Shown: positions 20,892 to 31,285, numbered from the stretch's first letter. The stretch: 61,850 bases of DNA from Candidatus Acidiferrum sp. (GCA_035635775.1 DASQAL010000133.1:1-61850); one strand, 5' to 3'. The notes: generated from the sequence alone by a model not told the origin. Program-made: numbers and translations.

Positions 20892-20934
20892 GGGGGGGCT
20901 TGGGGGAGGAGCGGCGCCGCTCCCCCCCAATCAG
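20892..20934. repeat. Intergenic G-run plus GC hairpin element
   Basis: GGGGGGG-CTT-GGGGGAGGAGCG-GCGC-CGCTCCCCCCC-AATCAG; similar layout to 48995-49036. Confidence 0.4.
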
Positions 20935-20942
20935 AACCAAGC

Positions 20943-21989
20943 ATGAAGGCAGTTGCAGTAAGCCGGAATGCGGACGTCACCGCCGACGCCCTCGAGGGGC
21001 GCATCGCGTGCCATGACGTGCGCGATCAGGCCGGGAAGGTGGCCATCGCCAAGGGCCAGACGCTCGACGCGGCGGCGGCAGCGCGGCTGCTGACGCTGCC
21101 GTGGCAGGAGGTGCACCTGCTCGAGCTGGAGCCGGGCGACGTGCACGAGGAGCCGGCCGGCTCGCGCCTGGCCGCCGCGGCCTGCGGCGTCAACGTGGAG
21201 GTCAAGGGCTATACCGGCGGGCAGTGGTCGCTCGCGGCGCAGCGCCGCGGCCTCGTCGGGGTCAATGCCGCCGCGGTGGCGGCGGTGAACGGGCTCGAGG
21301 GCATGTCGGTCTTCACGCTCTACGACCTGCAGCCGGTGGAGTCGGGCGAGCCGGTGGCCCGCGCCAAGATCACCCCGCTGGCCATCCCGGAGCGGCTGGT
21401 GAAGGACGCGGAGACCCGCGCGGCGAGCGCGGGCGGGCTCGTCTCGGTGACACCCTTCCGGCCTCACGTGCTCGCCGCGCTGAGCCGGGAAAGCCTCGCC
21501 CCGCCGCAGCGCCAGCGCTTCGAGTCGTCCCTGACCGAGAAGGTGGACTGGTTCGGCTCGCGGCTCCTGCCGGTGCGCTACGCGGCGGGGGACGCCGCCG
21601 CGGTCGCCGCGGAGATGGAGGACCTGCTGGCCGCCGGCGCCGATATCCTGATCGCGGCGGGCGCGGGCTCGCTCGACCCGCTGGATCCCATGTTCGCGGG
21701 CCTCGAGCGCCTGGGCGGCCGCATGATCCGGCACGGCGCGCCGGCCCATCCGGGCAGCCTGCTGTGGATCGCGGATCTGCGCGGGCACCCGGTGCTCGGC
21801 ATGCCCGCCTGCGGCATGTTCTCGCAGGCCACCACGTTCGACCTGGTGCTGCCGCGCATCCTGGCCGGGCTCCCGACGGGCGCCGGCGAGATCGCCGCGC
21901 TCGGCCACGGCGGCCTGCTCTCGCGTGATAGCGCCTACCGCTTCCCGCCCTACCGCAAGAGCGGGGCGCGCGGCGAGCTGTCGGAGTGA
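20943..21989 (+). CDS. Molybdopterin-binding protein (MoeA/MoCF_biosynth-like)
   Basis: GDVHEE, G-x-x-SLAA, AKITPLAIP, GAGSLDPLDP, GAPAHPGSLLW, LGMPAC, LGHGGLL. Confidence 0.7.
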   Translation: MKAVAVSRNADVTADALEGRIACHDVRDQAGKVAIAKGQTLDAAAAARLLTLPWQEVHLLELEPGDVHEEPAGSRLAAAACGVNVEVKGYTGGQWSLAAQRRGLVGVNAAAVAAVNGLEGMSVFTLYDLQPVESGEPVARAKITPLAIPERLVKDAETRAASAGGLVSVTPFRPHVLAALSRESLAPPQRQRFESSLTEKVDWFGSRLLPVRYAAGDAAAVAAEMEDLLAAGADILIAAGAGSLDPLDPMFAGLERLGGRMIRHGAPAHPGSLLWIADLRGHPVLGMPACGMFSQATTFDLVLPRILAGLPTGAGEIAALGHGGLLSRDSAYRFPPYRKSGARGELSE

Positions 21990-21990
21990 C

Positions 21991-22365
21991 ATGGCCCTCT
22001 ACAGCGACGTGATCCGGGAGCGCTTCCGCCGGCCGCTCTTCCGCGGCGCGATCGAGCGCCCGGACGTGGCCCACGAGGACGTCAACCCGCTCTGCGGCGA
22101 TCGCGTGCGCATCCAGGGCCGGCTCGCCGACGGGCGGCTCACCGAGGCCCGCTGGACCGGCGACTGCTGCGCGATCTGCGCGGCCTCCGCCGATCTGCTC
22201 CTCGAGGCCGCGCTCGGCCAGCCGGTGGGCTTCGCGCAGGCCCAGACGCCCTCGGGCCTGCTCGAGCGGCTCGATTCCGATATCCGGCCGTCACGGATGA
22301 AGTGCGTGACGCTGCCGCTGACCGTCCTGCAGGACGCCCTCAGTGGTCAGGAGGTGACGCGATGA
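21991..22365 (+). CDS. sufU: SufU/IscU-like (NifU N-terminal) protein
   Basis: NPLCGD, GDCCAICAASA, RPSRMKCVTLP; immediately upstream of a SufS gene. Confidence 0.8.
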   Translation: MALYSDVIRERFRRPLFRGAIERPDVAHEDVNPLCGDRVRIQGRLADGRLTEARWTGDCCAICAASADLLLEAALGQPVGFAQAQTPSGLLERLDSDIRPSRMKCVTLPLTVLQDALSGQEVTR

Positions 22366-23579
22366 ACATGGGCGAGAAGACCCGCCGCGACTTCCCCATC
22401 CTCTCCCGCATCGTGAACGGGCATCCGCTCATCTATCTCGACTCCGCCGCCTCCAGCCAGAAGCCGCTCGCGGTGATCGAGGCCGTCTCGCGCTACTACG
22501 AGACGAGCCACGCCAACGTGCATCGCTCCATCCACACCCTGGGCGAGGAGGCCACCGAGCGGTACGAGGCGGCCCGGGACGCGGTGCGCGCCTTCGTGGG
22601 GGCCCGGAGCCGCGAGGAGATCATCTTCACGCGCGGCACCACCGAGGGAATCAACCTGGTGGCCCAGGCGGTAGGGCGGACCCTCAAGCCCGGCGACGAG
22701 ATCATCGTCAGCGAGCTCGAGCACCACTCGAACCTGATCCCGTGGCAGATGGCCTGCCGCGACCGGGGCGCGGTGCTGCGCGCGATCCCGGTGGTCGGGG
22801 AAGGGTATCTCGATCTCGACGCCTTCGACCGCCTGCTCTCGCCGCGCACGCGCGTGGTGGCCGTCGCCCACGTCTCCAACGTGCTCGGCACCATCAACCC
22901 GGTGACCCAGATCGCGGAGCGCGCCCATCGGGTGGGCGCCCTCGTGCTGCTCGACGGCGCCCAGGCGGTGCCGCACCTGCCGCTCGACCTGAACGCGCTC
23001 GGCGCCGATTTCTACGCCTTCTCCGGCCACAAGATGCTCGGGCCCACCGGCATCGGGGTGCTCTACGGGCGCCGCGAGGTGCTCGACAAGCTCGAGCCCG
23101 CCTGGGGCGGCGGCGAGATGATCAAGGAGGTCTGGATCGACCGCGCGCAGTGGAACGACCTGCCGTGGCGCTTCGAGCCGGGCACGCCCCCGATCGCGGA
23201 GGCGGTGGGGCTGCACGCGGCCTGCGAGTATCTCGGCAAGCTCGGCATGAGCGAGGTCCTGGCCCACGAGCAGGGGCTCGTCGCCCAATGCCTGGACGCC
23301 CTCGGGCGCATCGCGGGAGTCACCCTCTACGGCCCGCGCAATCCCGAGATGAAGGGCGCGGTGGTGGCCTTCAACGTGGAGGGGCTCCACCCCCACGACG
23401 GCGCCGCGCTTCTCGACCAGCAGGGCATCGCGGTGCGCGCGGGCTTTCACTGCGCTCAGCCGCTGATGCGGCGCCTCGGCATCGCGGGCACGCTGCGCGC
23501 GAGCTTCTCGGTCCACACGACCTCCGGTGAGGTCGAGCGCCTGGCCGCGGCGGTGGCGACCCTGCGCAGCAAGCTCTAG
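22362..23579 (+). CDS. sufS: Cysteine desulfurase, SufS/class II
   Basis: YLDSAASSQKP, ANVHRS, FTRGTTEGIN, EHHSNL, DGAQ, FSGHKMLGPTG, RAGFHCAQP. Confidence 0.92.
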   Translation: MNMGEKTRRDFPILSRIVNGHPLIYLDSAASSQKPLAVIEAVSRYYETSHANVHRSIHTLGEEATERYEAARDAVRAFVGARSREEIIFTRGTTEGINLVAQAVGRTLKPGDEIIVSELEHHSNLIPWQMACRDRGAVLRAIPVVGEGYLDLDAFDRLLSPRTRVVAVAHVSNVLGTINPVTQIAERAHRVGALVLLDGAQAVPHLPLDLNALGADFYAFSGHKMLGPTGIGVLYGRREVLDKLEPAWGGGEMIKEVWIDRAQWNDLPWRFEPGTPPIAEAVGLHAACEYLGKLGMSEVLAHEQGLVAQCLDALGRIAGVTLYGPRNPEMKGAVVAFNVEGLHPHDGAALLDQQGIAVRAGFHCAQPLMRRLGIAGTLRASFSVHTTSGEVERLAAAVATLRSKL

Positions 23580-23601
23580 CCGCCCAGGTACCACCACTCC
23601 C

Positions 23602-24552
23602 ATGGATCCGTCCCGCGAGCATCCGAAGCCGCGCGACGGCTTCGCGTCTCCCCGCTTCGCGCAGCCGGCCACCTTCATGCGGCTGCCGCACGTGGAGTCG
23701 CCCGCCGGGCTCGACGTCGCCCTCTGCGGCATCCCCTTCGACGGCGGCTGCTCCTACCGCTCGGGCGCGCGCATGGGTCCGCGCCACGTGCGCGAGCAGT
23801 CTTCCCTGATCCGGCCGTGGAACTCGGCCCTCCGCGTGCATCCCTTCGAGCGGCTCCGGGTCGCCGACTGCGGCGACGTGGACGCGGTGCCGGTCTCGAT
23901 CGAGGCGACCTTCGCGGCCATCGAGCGGACCCTGGCGCCAGTGGTGGAGGCGCGCGCGGTCCCGCTCTGCGTGGGCGGCGATCACACCGTGACCCTGGCG
24001 GTGCTGCGCGCGCTCGCGAAGCGCCACGGCCGCCTCGGACTGGTGCACTTCGACGCCCACCCGGACACCTGGGACCGCTACTTCGGCCTGCCCTACTACC
24101 ACGGCAGCACGTTCCGCCGGGCGATCGAGGAGGGGCTCATCGACGGCGCGCGCTCCATCCAGGTGGGCATCCGCGGGCCACTCTACGGCCCCGAGGACTT
24201 CGACTTCCACCGCGAGCACGGCTTCGAGGTCGTCCGCATCGAGGACGTCAAGGAGCGCGGGGTCGCCTCCGTGGTCGAGCGGCTGCGACGCCTGGCCGGC
24301 GGGCCGGTCTACTGCTCCTTCGACGTGGACGCCTGCGATCCCGCCTACGCGCCGGGGACGGGGACGCCCGAGGCGGGCGGGCTCACGTCCTACGAGGCCC
24401 TCGGCCTCGTGCGCGGGCTGCGCGGGCTCGAGCTGGCGGGGGGCGACATCGTCGAGGTCTCGCCGCCCTACGACGGGCCCGGCGCCATCACCGGCGTGCT
24501 CGCGGCGAACCTGCTTTTCGAGCTGCTCTCGGTGGTCGCGCTCGCCCGCTAG
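23602..24552 (+). CDS. speB: Agmatinase / ureohydrolase family
   Basis: GARMGP, GGDH, HFDAHPD, SFDVDACDPAYAPGTG, DIVEVSP. Exact substrate not determinable. Confidence 0.85.
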   Translation: MDPSREHPKPRDGFASPRFAQPATFMRLPHVESPAGLDVALCGIPFDGGCSYRSGARMGPRHVREQSSLIRPWNSALRVHPFERLRVADCGDVDAVPVSIEATFAAIERTLAPVVEARAVPLCVGGDHTVTLAVLRALAKRHGRLGLVHFDAHPDTWDRYFGLPYYHGSTFRRAIEEGLIDGARSIQVGIRGPLYGPEDFDFHREHGFEVVRIEDVKERGVASVVERLRRLAGGPVYCSFDVDACDPAYAPGTGTPEAGGLTSYEALGLVRGLRGLELAGGDIVEVSPPYDGPGAITGVLAANLLFELLSVVALAR

Positions 24553-24594
24553 GGCGCGTCCCCGCGTGCTAAGATGACGGGCGTGAGATCGGCC

Positions 24595-25905
24595 ATGCAC
24601 CGGCCTCTCCTCGTTTCCGTCGCCATCCTGCTGGCCTCCGCGGCGCTGCTCCCCATCGCCGGCCCGGCCTCCGCGGCGACGCCTGTCTCGCTCATCGAGC
24701 TGGACTCCGCCATCACCCCGGTCACGGTGCGCCTGCTCGCGACCGCGATCGAGCGCGCGCAGGCCGAGGGCGCGCAGGCGCTGATCGTGCAGCTCAACAC
24801 CCCGGGCGGGCTCGAGCGGTCGATGCGCTCGATGGTGCAGAGCATCCTGGGCTCGCCGATCCCGGTGATCGTCTACGTGGCGCCCACCGGCGCCCGCGCC
24901 GCCTCCGCCGGGGTCTTCATCACGATGGCCGCCCACGTGGCCGCGATGGCGCCCGCCACCAATATCGGGGCCGCGCATCCGGTGGCGATCGGCGGCGGCG
25001 GGGCGGACAAGGAGATGATGAAGAAGGTCGCGAACGACGCGGCCGCCTTCGCGCGCACCATCGCCACGGAAAAAGGGCGCAACGCGGAGTGGGCCGAGAA
25101 GGCGGTGCGCTCGTCGGTCTCGGCCACCGAGCGGGAGGCGGTCAAGCTCAAGGTCGTGGACCTGGTGGCCGAGAGCGTGCCGGACCTCCTCGCCAAGATC
25201 GACGGCCGCACCGTCAAGACGAGCCGGGGCCAGGTCACGCTCGCCACCAAGGACGCGCCGGTCAAGGTCATCGAGGTGCGCTTCCGCGACCAGTTCCTGG
25301 CCCTCATCTCGGACCCGAACATCGCCTATCTCCTGATGATGGCGGGCATGCTCGGCATCTTCTTCGAGCTGTCCAATCCGGGCGCGATCCTGCCCGGGGT
25401 CATCGGCGGCATCTGCCTGATCCTGGCCTTCTACGCCTTCCAGAGCCTGCCGGTGAACTGGGCCGGCCTCCTGCTGATCCTCTTCGGCGTGGTGCTGCTC
25501 ATCGCCGAGATCAAGGTGGTGAGCCACGGCGTGCTCGCGATCGGCGGCGTGATCGCCATGCTGCTCGGGTCCCTCATGCTCTACGACACGCCCGAGACGA
25601 CCGGCATCCGGCTGTCCTGGTACGTGATGATCCCCACCGTGGGCACGACCGCCGCGCTGGTCTTCTTCGCGGTGTCCATGGGCATCCGCGCGCTCTACCG
25701 GCCCTCCGTGACCGGCGAATCCGCCATGGTGGGGCGCCTCGGGCTGGCCAGGTCGGCGCTGGCGCCCGAGGGGCAGGTGCTGATCGACGGCGAGCTGTGG
25801 CGGGCGGTGAGCCAGGACGGGGCGGTGGCGGCGGGTGAGCCCGTCCGGGTCGCGGCGATCGACGGCCTCACCCTCAAGGTCACCAAGTCGGCGCAGCGCC
25901 CCTAG
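24595..25905 (+). CDS. nfeD: NfeD family membrane protein (ClpP-like protease domain plus TM region plus OB fold)
   Basis: [39 protein letters not shown]-x-V-x-IDGELW; TG-c-TAAGAT -10 upstream. Confidence 0.9.
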   Translation: MHRPLLVSVAILLASAALLPIAGPASAATPVSLIELDSAITPVTVRLLATAIERAQAEGAQALIVQLNTPGGLERSMRSMVQSILGSPIPVIVYVAPTGARAASAGVFITMAAHVAAMAPATNIGAAHPVAIGGGGADKEMMKKVANDAAAFARTIATEKGRNAEWAEKAVRSSVSATEREAVKLKVVDLVAESVPDLLAKIDGRTVKTSRGQVTLATKDAPVKVIEVRFRDQFLALISDPNIAYLLMMAGMLGIFFELSNPGAILPGVIGGICLILAFYAFQSLPVNWAGLLLILFGVVLLIAEIKVVSHGVLAIGGVIAMLLGSLMLYDTPETTGIRLSWYVMIPTVGTTAALVFFAVSMGIRALYRPSVTGESAMVGRLGLARSALAPEGQVLIDGELWRAVSQDGAVAAGEPVRVAAIDGLTLKVTKSAQRP

Positions 25906-25925
25906 CACGCTCAGGAGGCCCGCAC

Positions 25926-26747
25926 ATGGAAGGCGTCCAGCTCATCTTCGGCATCATCCCGGTCGCAATCATCCTGCTCTACATCTTCTTCTCCTCCTTC
26001 CGCATATTGCGGGAGTACGAGCGGGGCGTGATCTTCCGGTTCGGCCGGCGGACCAACGCGATCTTCAATCCCGGGGGCGACGGCACCGGCCCGGGTCTGG
26101 TGCTCTTGATCCCGTTCATCGACAAGATGGTGAAGGTGAGCCTCCGCACGATCACCATGGACGTGCCGCCCCAGGACGTGATCACGCGCGACAACGTGTC
26201 GATGAAGGTGAACGCGGTCATCTTCTTCCGCGTGCTGGACGCGGCCAAGGCGGTCATCAGCGTCGAGGACTATCTCTACGCGACCTCCCAGATGGCGCAG
26301 ACGACGCTCCGGAGCGTGCTGGGGCAGCAGCAGATGGACGACCTCCTGGCGAGCCGGGAGAAGATCAACGAGGAGCTGACGCGGATCATCGACCAGCACA
26401 CCAGTCCGTGGGGCGTGAAGGTGGCGGCGGTGGAGGTCAAGAACGTGGACCTGCCGCAGGACATGCAGCGCGCCATGTCCAAGCAGGCCGAGGCCGAGCG
26501 CGAGCGACGCGCCAAGGTGATCAACGCGGAGGGCGAATTCCAGGCCGCGGCCAAGCTCGGCGAGGCCGCCGAGGTCCTCATGCGCTTCCCGATCGCGGTG
26601 CAGCTCCGCTACCTGCAGACGATGCGGGAGGTCGCCTCGGAGCGGAACACCACGACCTTCTTCCCGCTGCCGCTCGACCTCTTCACCCCGCTCCTGCGGG
26701 CCTTCGGAGCGGATTCTCAGCCTCCCCCTCTGCCCCCCAAGAGCTGA
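25926..26747 (+). CDS. SPFH/stomatin-like (slipin) protein
   Basis: [51 protein letters not shown]; classic nfeD partner. Confidence 0.92.
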   Translation: MEGVQLIFGIIPVAIILLYIFFSSFRILREYERGVIFRFGRRTNAIFNPGGDGTGPGLVLLIPFIDKMVKVSLRTITMDVPPQDVITRDNVSMKVNAVIFFRVLDAAKAVISVEDYLYATSQMAQTTLRSVLGQQQMDDLLASREKINEELTRIIDQHTSPWGVKVAAVEVKNVDLPQDMQRAMSKQAEAERERRAKVINAEGEFQAAAKLGEAAEVLMRFPIAVQLRYLQTMREVASERNTTTFFPLPLDLFTPLLRAFGADSQPPPLPPKS

Positions 26748-26772
26748 GGCGCGGGCGGGGCTGTCGTCCGGC

Positions 26773-26801
26773 TTGTCGGATGGGGGCCGGCCGAGTACAA
26801 T
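26773..26801 (+). promoter_or_regulatory. Sigma70 promoter of tRNA-Ala
   Basis: TTGTCG-N17-TACAAT. Confidence 0.65.
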
Positions 26802-26814
26802 GGGCCGGTCTGAC

Positions 26815-26890
26815 GGGGGGTTAGCTCAGTTGGGAGAGCGCGGCGTTCGCAACGCCGAGGTCGAGGGTTCGACTCCCTTACCCTCCACCA
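26815..26890 (+). tRNA. tRNA-Ala (anticodon CGC)
   Basis: 76 nt; acceptor stem GGGGGGT/ACCCTCC with G3:U70 Ala identity pair; D-loop AGTTGGGAGA; anticodon stem CGGCG/CGCCG with loop TTCGCAA; GGTTCGACTCC T-arm; encoded CCA. Confidence 0.97.
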
Positions 26891-27108
26891 TATTGAAAGT
26901 CCGCCACTTGCGCGTCACACGCTCGGAGTTGTGGCGCGGAGTGGCGTAACTAGGTCGCGAAAGGCCGGGGGAGCGCACGCCGCTTCGCTCGGCCTTTCGT
27001 GTCTCCAAGGGGGACGCACATGAAGGTCATGGTCGCCGCCTTGAACCCGACGACGTCCCCCTCGCCGGTGTGGTATGACCCGATGCCTCTCTCAGGTGCT
27101 TAGCTGCT

Positions 27109-27987
27109 ATGCCGAGAGACTCGGACTACGAGGTTTTGGGCCTACGGCCCGGCGCCTCGCTCGACGAGGCCAAACAAGCGCACCGCGATCTTGTCAAGGT
27201 CTGGCATCCAGACCGTTTCTCGAACGATCCAAGGCTTCAAGCAAGAGCGCAAGAGAAGCTGCAAGAGATCAATGCGGCCAACGACCGAGTGCGGGTGCTT
27301 CTATCGTCGCCGGGTACGAGATCCCAACCCTCGAGCTCGCCACCTCCTCGACCACCGTCGTCACCGCCTCCCCCGCCTCGACCTGCCGCGCCTCCACCTC
27401 CGCGCCCGCCCCAATCCCCGTCTCAGGCAGGAATTCCGCGTAAGAATGGCGGACTGGTCGTCGTCGGGCTCGCCCTCGTCCTGGTATTGGGCTCGGTGAT
27501 CTGGCGCCATGCCTACCAAGAGGATAGTTCGGACACCCACGAGAGCCCGATCCCCCTCCGGCCGCCCCAGAGCGACACCACCCCCCTCGCTCACCCAGCT
27601 CCGCCGTCGAGCCCACCGACCGGCGGACCGTCAGCCCCATCGACGCCTCGGGTCGAGACGCCATCGGAAAAGGCTTCACCAGGCCAGAGGACACGCTTGG
27701 AAAAGTCGGCCGCTGATGTTGCCGCTGCGACGAAGAACTACCGCGCCGCACTTGAACGGGTCCTGGGCATCTACGAGCGCGAGCTGGCACGACGCGCCGA
27801 GCAAGTGGAGTTGCGGAGGGACCTGTACGAGCGTGGTGTACTGAAGAAGCAGGAGTTCGACGAAGGACTGCGCGCACACGCGGACGCTCGGAAGAATGTC
27901 GAGGACACTCGGCGGGCGATCGAGGACACTGACAGACTACTCCGAGAGACTGAGGAGGCCGAGGCACTCGCAAGGCGCCCGAAGTAG
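27109..27987 (+). CDS. J-domain (DnaJ-like) membrane protein with Pro-rich linkers and C-terminal coiled coil
   Basis: YEVLGL...AHRDLVKVWHPDRF...QEINAA (HPD motif); TM LVVVGLALVLVLGSVIW; codon usage looks less GC-biased than neighbours. Confidence 0.8.
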   Translation: MPRDSDYEVLGLRPGASLDEAKQAHRDLVKVWHPDRFSNDPRLQARAQEKLQEINAANDRVRVLLSSPGTRSQPSSSPPPRPPSSPPPPPRPAAPPPPRPPQSPSQAGIPRKNGGLVVVGLALVLVLGSVIWRHAYQEDSSDTHESPIPLRPPQSDTTPLAHPAPPSSPPTGGPSAPSTPRVETPSEKASPGQRTRLEKSAADVAAATKNYRAALERVLGIYERELARRAEQVELRRDLYERGVLKKQEFDEGLRAHADARKNVEDTRRAIEDTDRLLRETEEAEALARRPK

Positions 27988-28069
27988 CTCCAGCACGGCG
28001 TTCCGCACCGCTATCGAGCAACCACGTGGCGCCGGAATGCCGCATGGCGCGAGGTGCCCAGAGCCGCAA

Positions 28070-29098
28070 TCAGGGCGCCTTGCCGACCAGGTTGAGTACG
28101 CGGCCGGCCCGCAGCACCGTCACCGTGATGGGCACGCCCGGGGTCAGGCGCTGCAGGTGCTCCCGCATCCGGTTGTAGTCGGCGAGGTTCCCGGTGGGGA
28201 TGCCGTCCACCGCGAGCAGGATGTCTCCGCCAACCACCAGCGTCTGGCCGTCGATCGTGGCGGTCCGGTTCCCGCCGCGAATCCCCGCCTCCTCGGCGGG
28301 CGAGCCCTTGGCCACGGTCTTGACCAGGAAGCCCTCGGGCTGGGGCAGGTTGAAGATCGCGGCGAGGTCGCCAGAGAGGGTGTGGCCCTCGAGTCCGCTC
28401 CAGATGGAGCGCCGGGCGAGCAGGAGATCCTTGGCGGTGTTGATCGTCACCACGAAGCCGAGCCCCTCGCTCCCGCCGCCCTTCGAGATGTTGTGGCTCA
28501 CGATCCCGATGACGTCGCCCGCGATGCTGAACAGGGGCCCGCCGGAGTTGCCGGTGTTGATGGTGGCGTCGGTCTGGAAGAACTCGGCCAGGGGGAAGGC
28601 GGGGTACACGCTGTTCGGCGGCCAGCGGGCACTGACGTAGCCGACGCTCAGCGAGTACGCGAGCCCGTACGGCGCGCCCACCACCAGCACCTGGTCGCCC
28701 ACCCGGACCGAGCTCGAGTTGGCGAGGCGGGCGACCTTGACGCCCGCGGGCACGCGCTCGAGCTGGAGCAGCGAGAGGTCGGCGGCGGGCTCGGAGGCGA
28801 CGACGCGCGCCTTCACGGCCTCGCCCCCGATGAACTCCACGGTGATCTCGTCCATCGCGTGAACGACGTGGGCCGCCGTCATCACCTTGCCGTCGGCCGA
28901 GATCAGCACACCGGAGCCGATCTCTCCGAAGCGGACCTGGCCGGACGCGGCCACGTCCCGCCCGCGAGAGCGGATCACGACGACGGAGGGGCTCACCCGG
29001 CGGAAGACGTCACCCACCGCCTGGGCCCCGGCCGACACCGGCTGCCCGAGCGTGACGAGGGTGGCGAGCAGGAGAAGCGCGATGAACCGAACGGTCAT
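28070..29098 (-). CDS. HtrA/DegP-like S1C serine protease with one PDZ domain
   Basis: Signal peptide; GSGVLI, TAAHVV, DLSLL, QTDATINTGNSGGPL, SPAEEAGI (PDZ); GGAGG RBS. Confidence 0.92.
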   Translation of the reverse strand: MTVRFIALLLLATLVTLGQPVSAGAQAVGDVFRRVSPSVVVIRSRGRDVAASGQVRFGEIGSGVLISADGKVMTAAHVVHAMDEITVEFIGGEAVKARVVASEPAADLSLLQLERVPAGVKVARLANSSSVRVGDQVLVVGAPYGLAYSLSVGYVSARWPPNSVYPAFPLAEFFQTDATINTGNSGGPLFSIAGDVIGIVSHNISKGGGSEGLGFVVTINTAKDLLLARRSIWSGLEGHTLSGDLAAIFNLPQPEGFLVKTVAKGSPAEEAGIRGGNRTATIDGQTLVVGGDILLAVDGIPTGNLADYNRMREHLQRLTPGVPITVTVLRAGRVLNLVGKAP

Positions 29099-29220
29099 GC
29101 CGGACCTCCTCGTCGGGACATTCGCGATGATCTTCCCACCCTCGCCCGGTTTCGGCTACCCTGACCAGCGGCGGTGAGACTCGCGCTGATGAAGCGGGTG
29201 CGGAAGGGCGGGGAGGGGAG

Positions 29221-29346
29221 CTAGGCGCGCTTGGCGACGGCGGGGCGGCCGGACTTCGGGCACATCTTGTGGCGCCAGACCGAGCCCAGCTTAATGTGGT
29301 TGCCGTTCTTCCGGATGCGCAGCTTGCACTTGGGACAGGTACCCAT
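29221..29346 (-). CDS. 41-aa basic zinc-finger microprotein (C-x2-C-x18-H-x2-C)
   Basis: MGTCPKCKLRIRKNGNHIKLGSVWRHKMCPKSGRPAVAKRA; GGAGG 8 nt upstream of ATG; TATAAT about 50 nt upstream. Confidence 0.7.
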   Translation of the reverse strand: MGTCPKCKLRIRKNGNHIKLGSVWRHKMCPKSGRPAVAKRA

Positions 29347-29394
29347 ATCGTTGTCCTCCAACGGATTCGCGGACGGGATGGCGTTGCGTCGAGC

Positions 29395-29400
29395 ATTATA
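29395..29400 (-). promoter_or_regulatory. -10 element (TATAAT) for the zinc-finger microprotein
   Basis: Perfect TATAAT hexamer in a 70% GC background, correctly oriented. Confidence 0.6.
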
Positions 29401-29418
29401 CACGAGCCGGGAGGCCCC

Positions 29419-29744
29419 GTGACCCAGAGCTGCGCCTTCTGCCGCATCGCCGCGAAGGAAAGCCCCGCCGAGATCGAGTACGAGGACGATCAGGTCGTGG
29501 CGTTCCGGGACCTGTACCCGAAGGCGCCGATCCACCTGCTGATCGTCCCGAAGCGCCACATCGAGTCACTCGCACGGCTCGAGCCCCGCGACACCGAAGT
29601 GATCGGCCGGTGCATGCAGGTGGCGCGGCTCCTCGGCGAGCGCACCGGGTACGCCGAGCGGGGCTACCGCGTGTCCTGCAACACGGGGCCCGAGGGCGGG
29701 CAGGTGGTCTACCACATCCACTTCCACTTCACCGCCGGCCGCCG

Positions 29745-29748
<4 letters not shown>
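29419..29748 (+). CDS. HIT (histidine triad) family hydrolase, Hint-like
   Basis: CAFCRI, AFRDLYPKAPIHLLIVPKRH, GQVVYHIHFH; GGAGG RBS and GTG start. Confidence 0.92.
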
Positions 29749-30484
<736 letters not shown>

Positions 30485-30488
<4 letters not shown>

Positions 30489-31237
30489 GCCGCGGCAGCC
30501 GCTGGGCGGCCTGGGTGGTCATCCTGGGGGCCATCGCCTGGTCGGCGGTGGAGACGGAAGTCTCGCTGAGCCGCATGATCGAGGGCCTGCCATTCATGTG
30601 GGACTTCTTGCGCCGCATGGTCCCGCCCGATCTCTCGGTCCTGGGGAACGCGCTCCGCGGGGCGATGGAGACCATCCAGATCGCGGTGGTCGGCACGGCG
30701 GTGGCGGCGGTGCTGGCGCTGCCGCTGGGCTTCGCGGCCGCCCGCAACGCGGCGCCGCCCTGGCTCTTCTACTGGGCGCGCAGCCTGCTCAATGCCTTCC
30801 GCGCGGTGGACACGCTCGTCTACGCCCTGTTCTTCGTGGCCGCGGTCGGCCTCGGCCCGTTCCCCGGCGTGCTGGCGGTGATGGTCTACACGGCCACCGT
30901 GCTGGCCAAGCTGTACTCGGAGGCCATCGAGGCCATCGAGCCGGGGCCGGTGGAGGCGGTGCGGGCGACGGGCGCGACGACGCTGCAGGTCCTTCGCTGG
31001 GGCGTGCTGCCGCAGCTCATGCCGCAGTTCCTGTCCTTCACGCTGTACCGCTTCGAGACGAATATCCGAGCGGCGGCGGTCCTGGGCTTCGTGGGGGCGG
31101 GGGGCATCGGCTTCTACATCCAGACGTACCTGCGGCTGCTGAACTATCCCGCGGCGGCGACCGTCCTCCTCGTGCTGATCGGGCTGGTCATGATCGTGGA
31201 CTTCGCGTCGTCCCGGCTCCGGGCCCGCCTCGTCTGA
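30485..31237 (+). CDS. phnE: Phosphonate-type ABC transporter permease
   Basis: GLGPFPGVLA, AKLYSEAIE, EAVRATGA, YRFETNIRAAAVLGFVGAGGIG. Confidence 0.9.
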
Positions 31238-31249
31238 GCGCGGAACCAG

Positions 31250-31285
31250 AAAAAGAAACGGCCCCGGGGGATCGCCCCGGGGCCG
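31250..31285 (-). terminator. Intrinsic terminator of the repeat-protein gene (possibly bidirectional)
   Basis: 11-bp stem CGGCCCCGGGG/CCCCGGGGCCG followed on the minus strand by TTTCTTTTT. Confidence 0.8.

Noticed and set aside
26826-27008. 60-aa minus-strand ORF
   Set aside because: Antisense shadow of the tRNA gene.
26815-29220. Prophage or ICE integrated at tRNA-Ala
   Set aside because: No integrase, phage or conjugation genes, and no downstream repeat of the tRNA 3' end was seen by eye.
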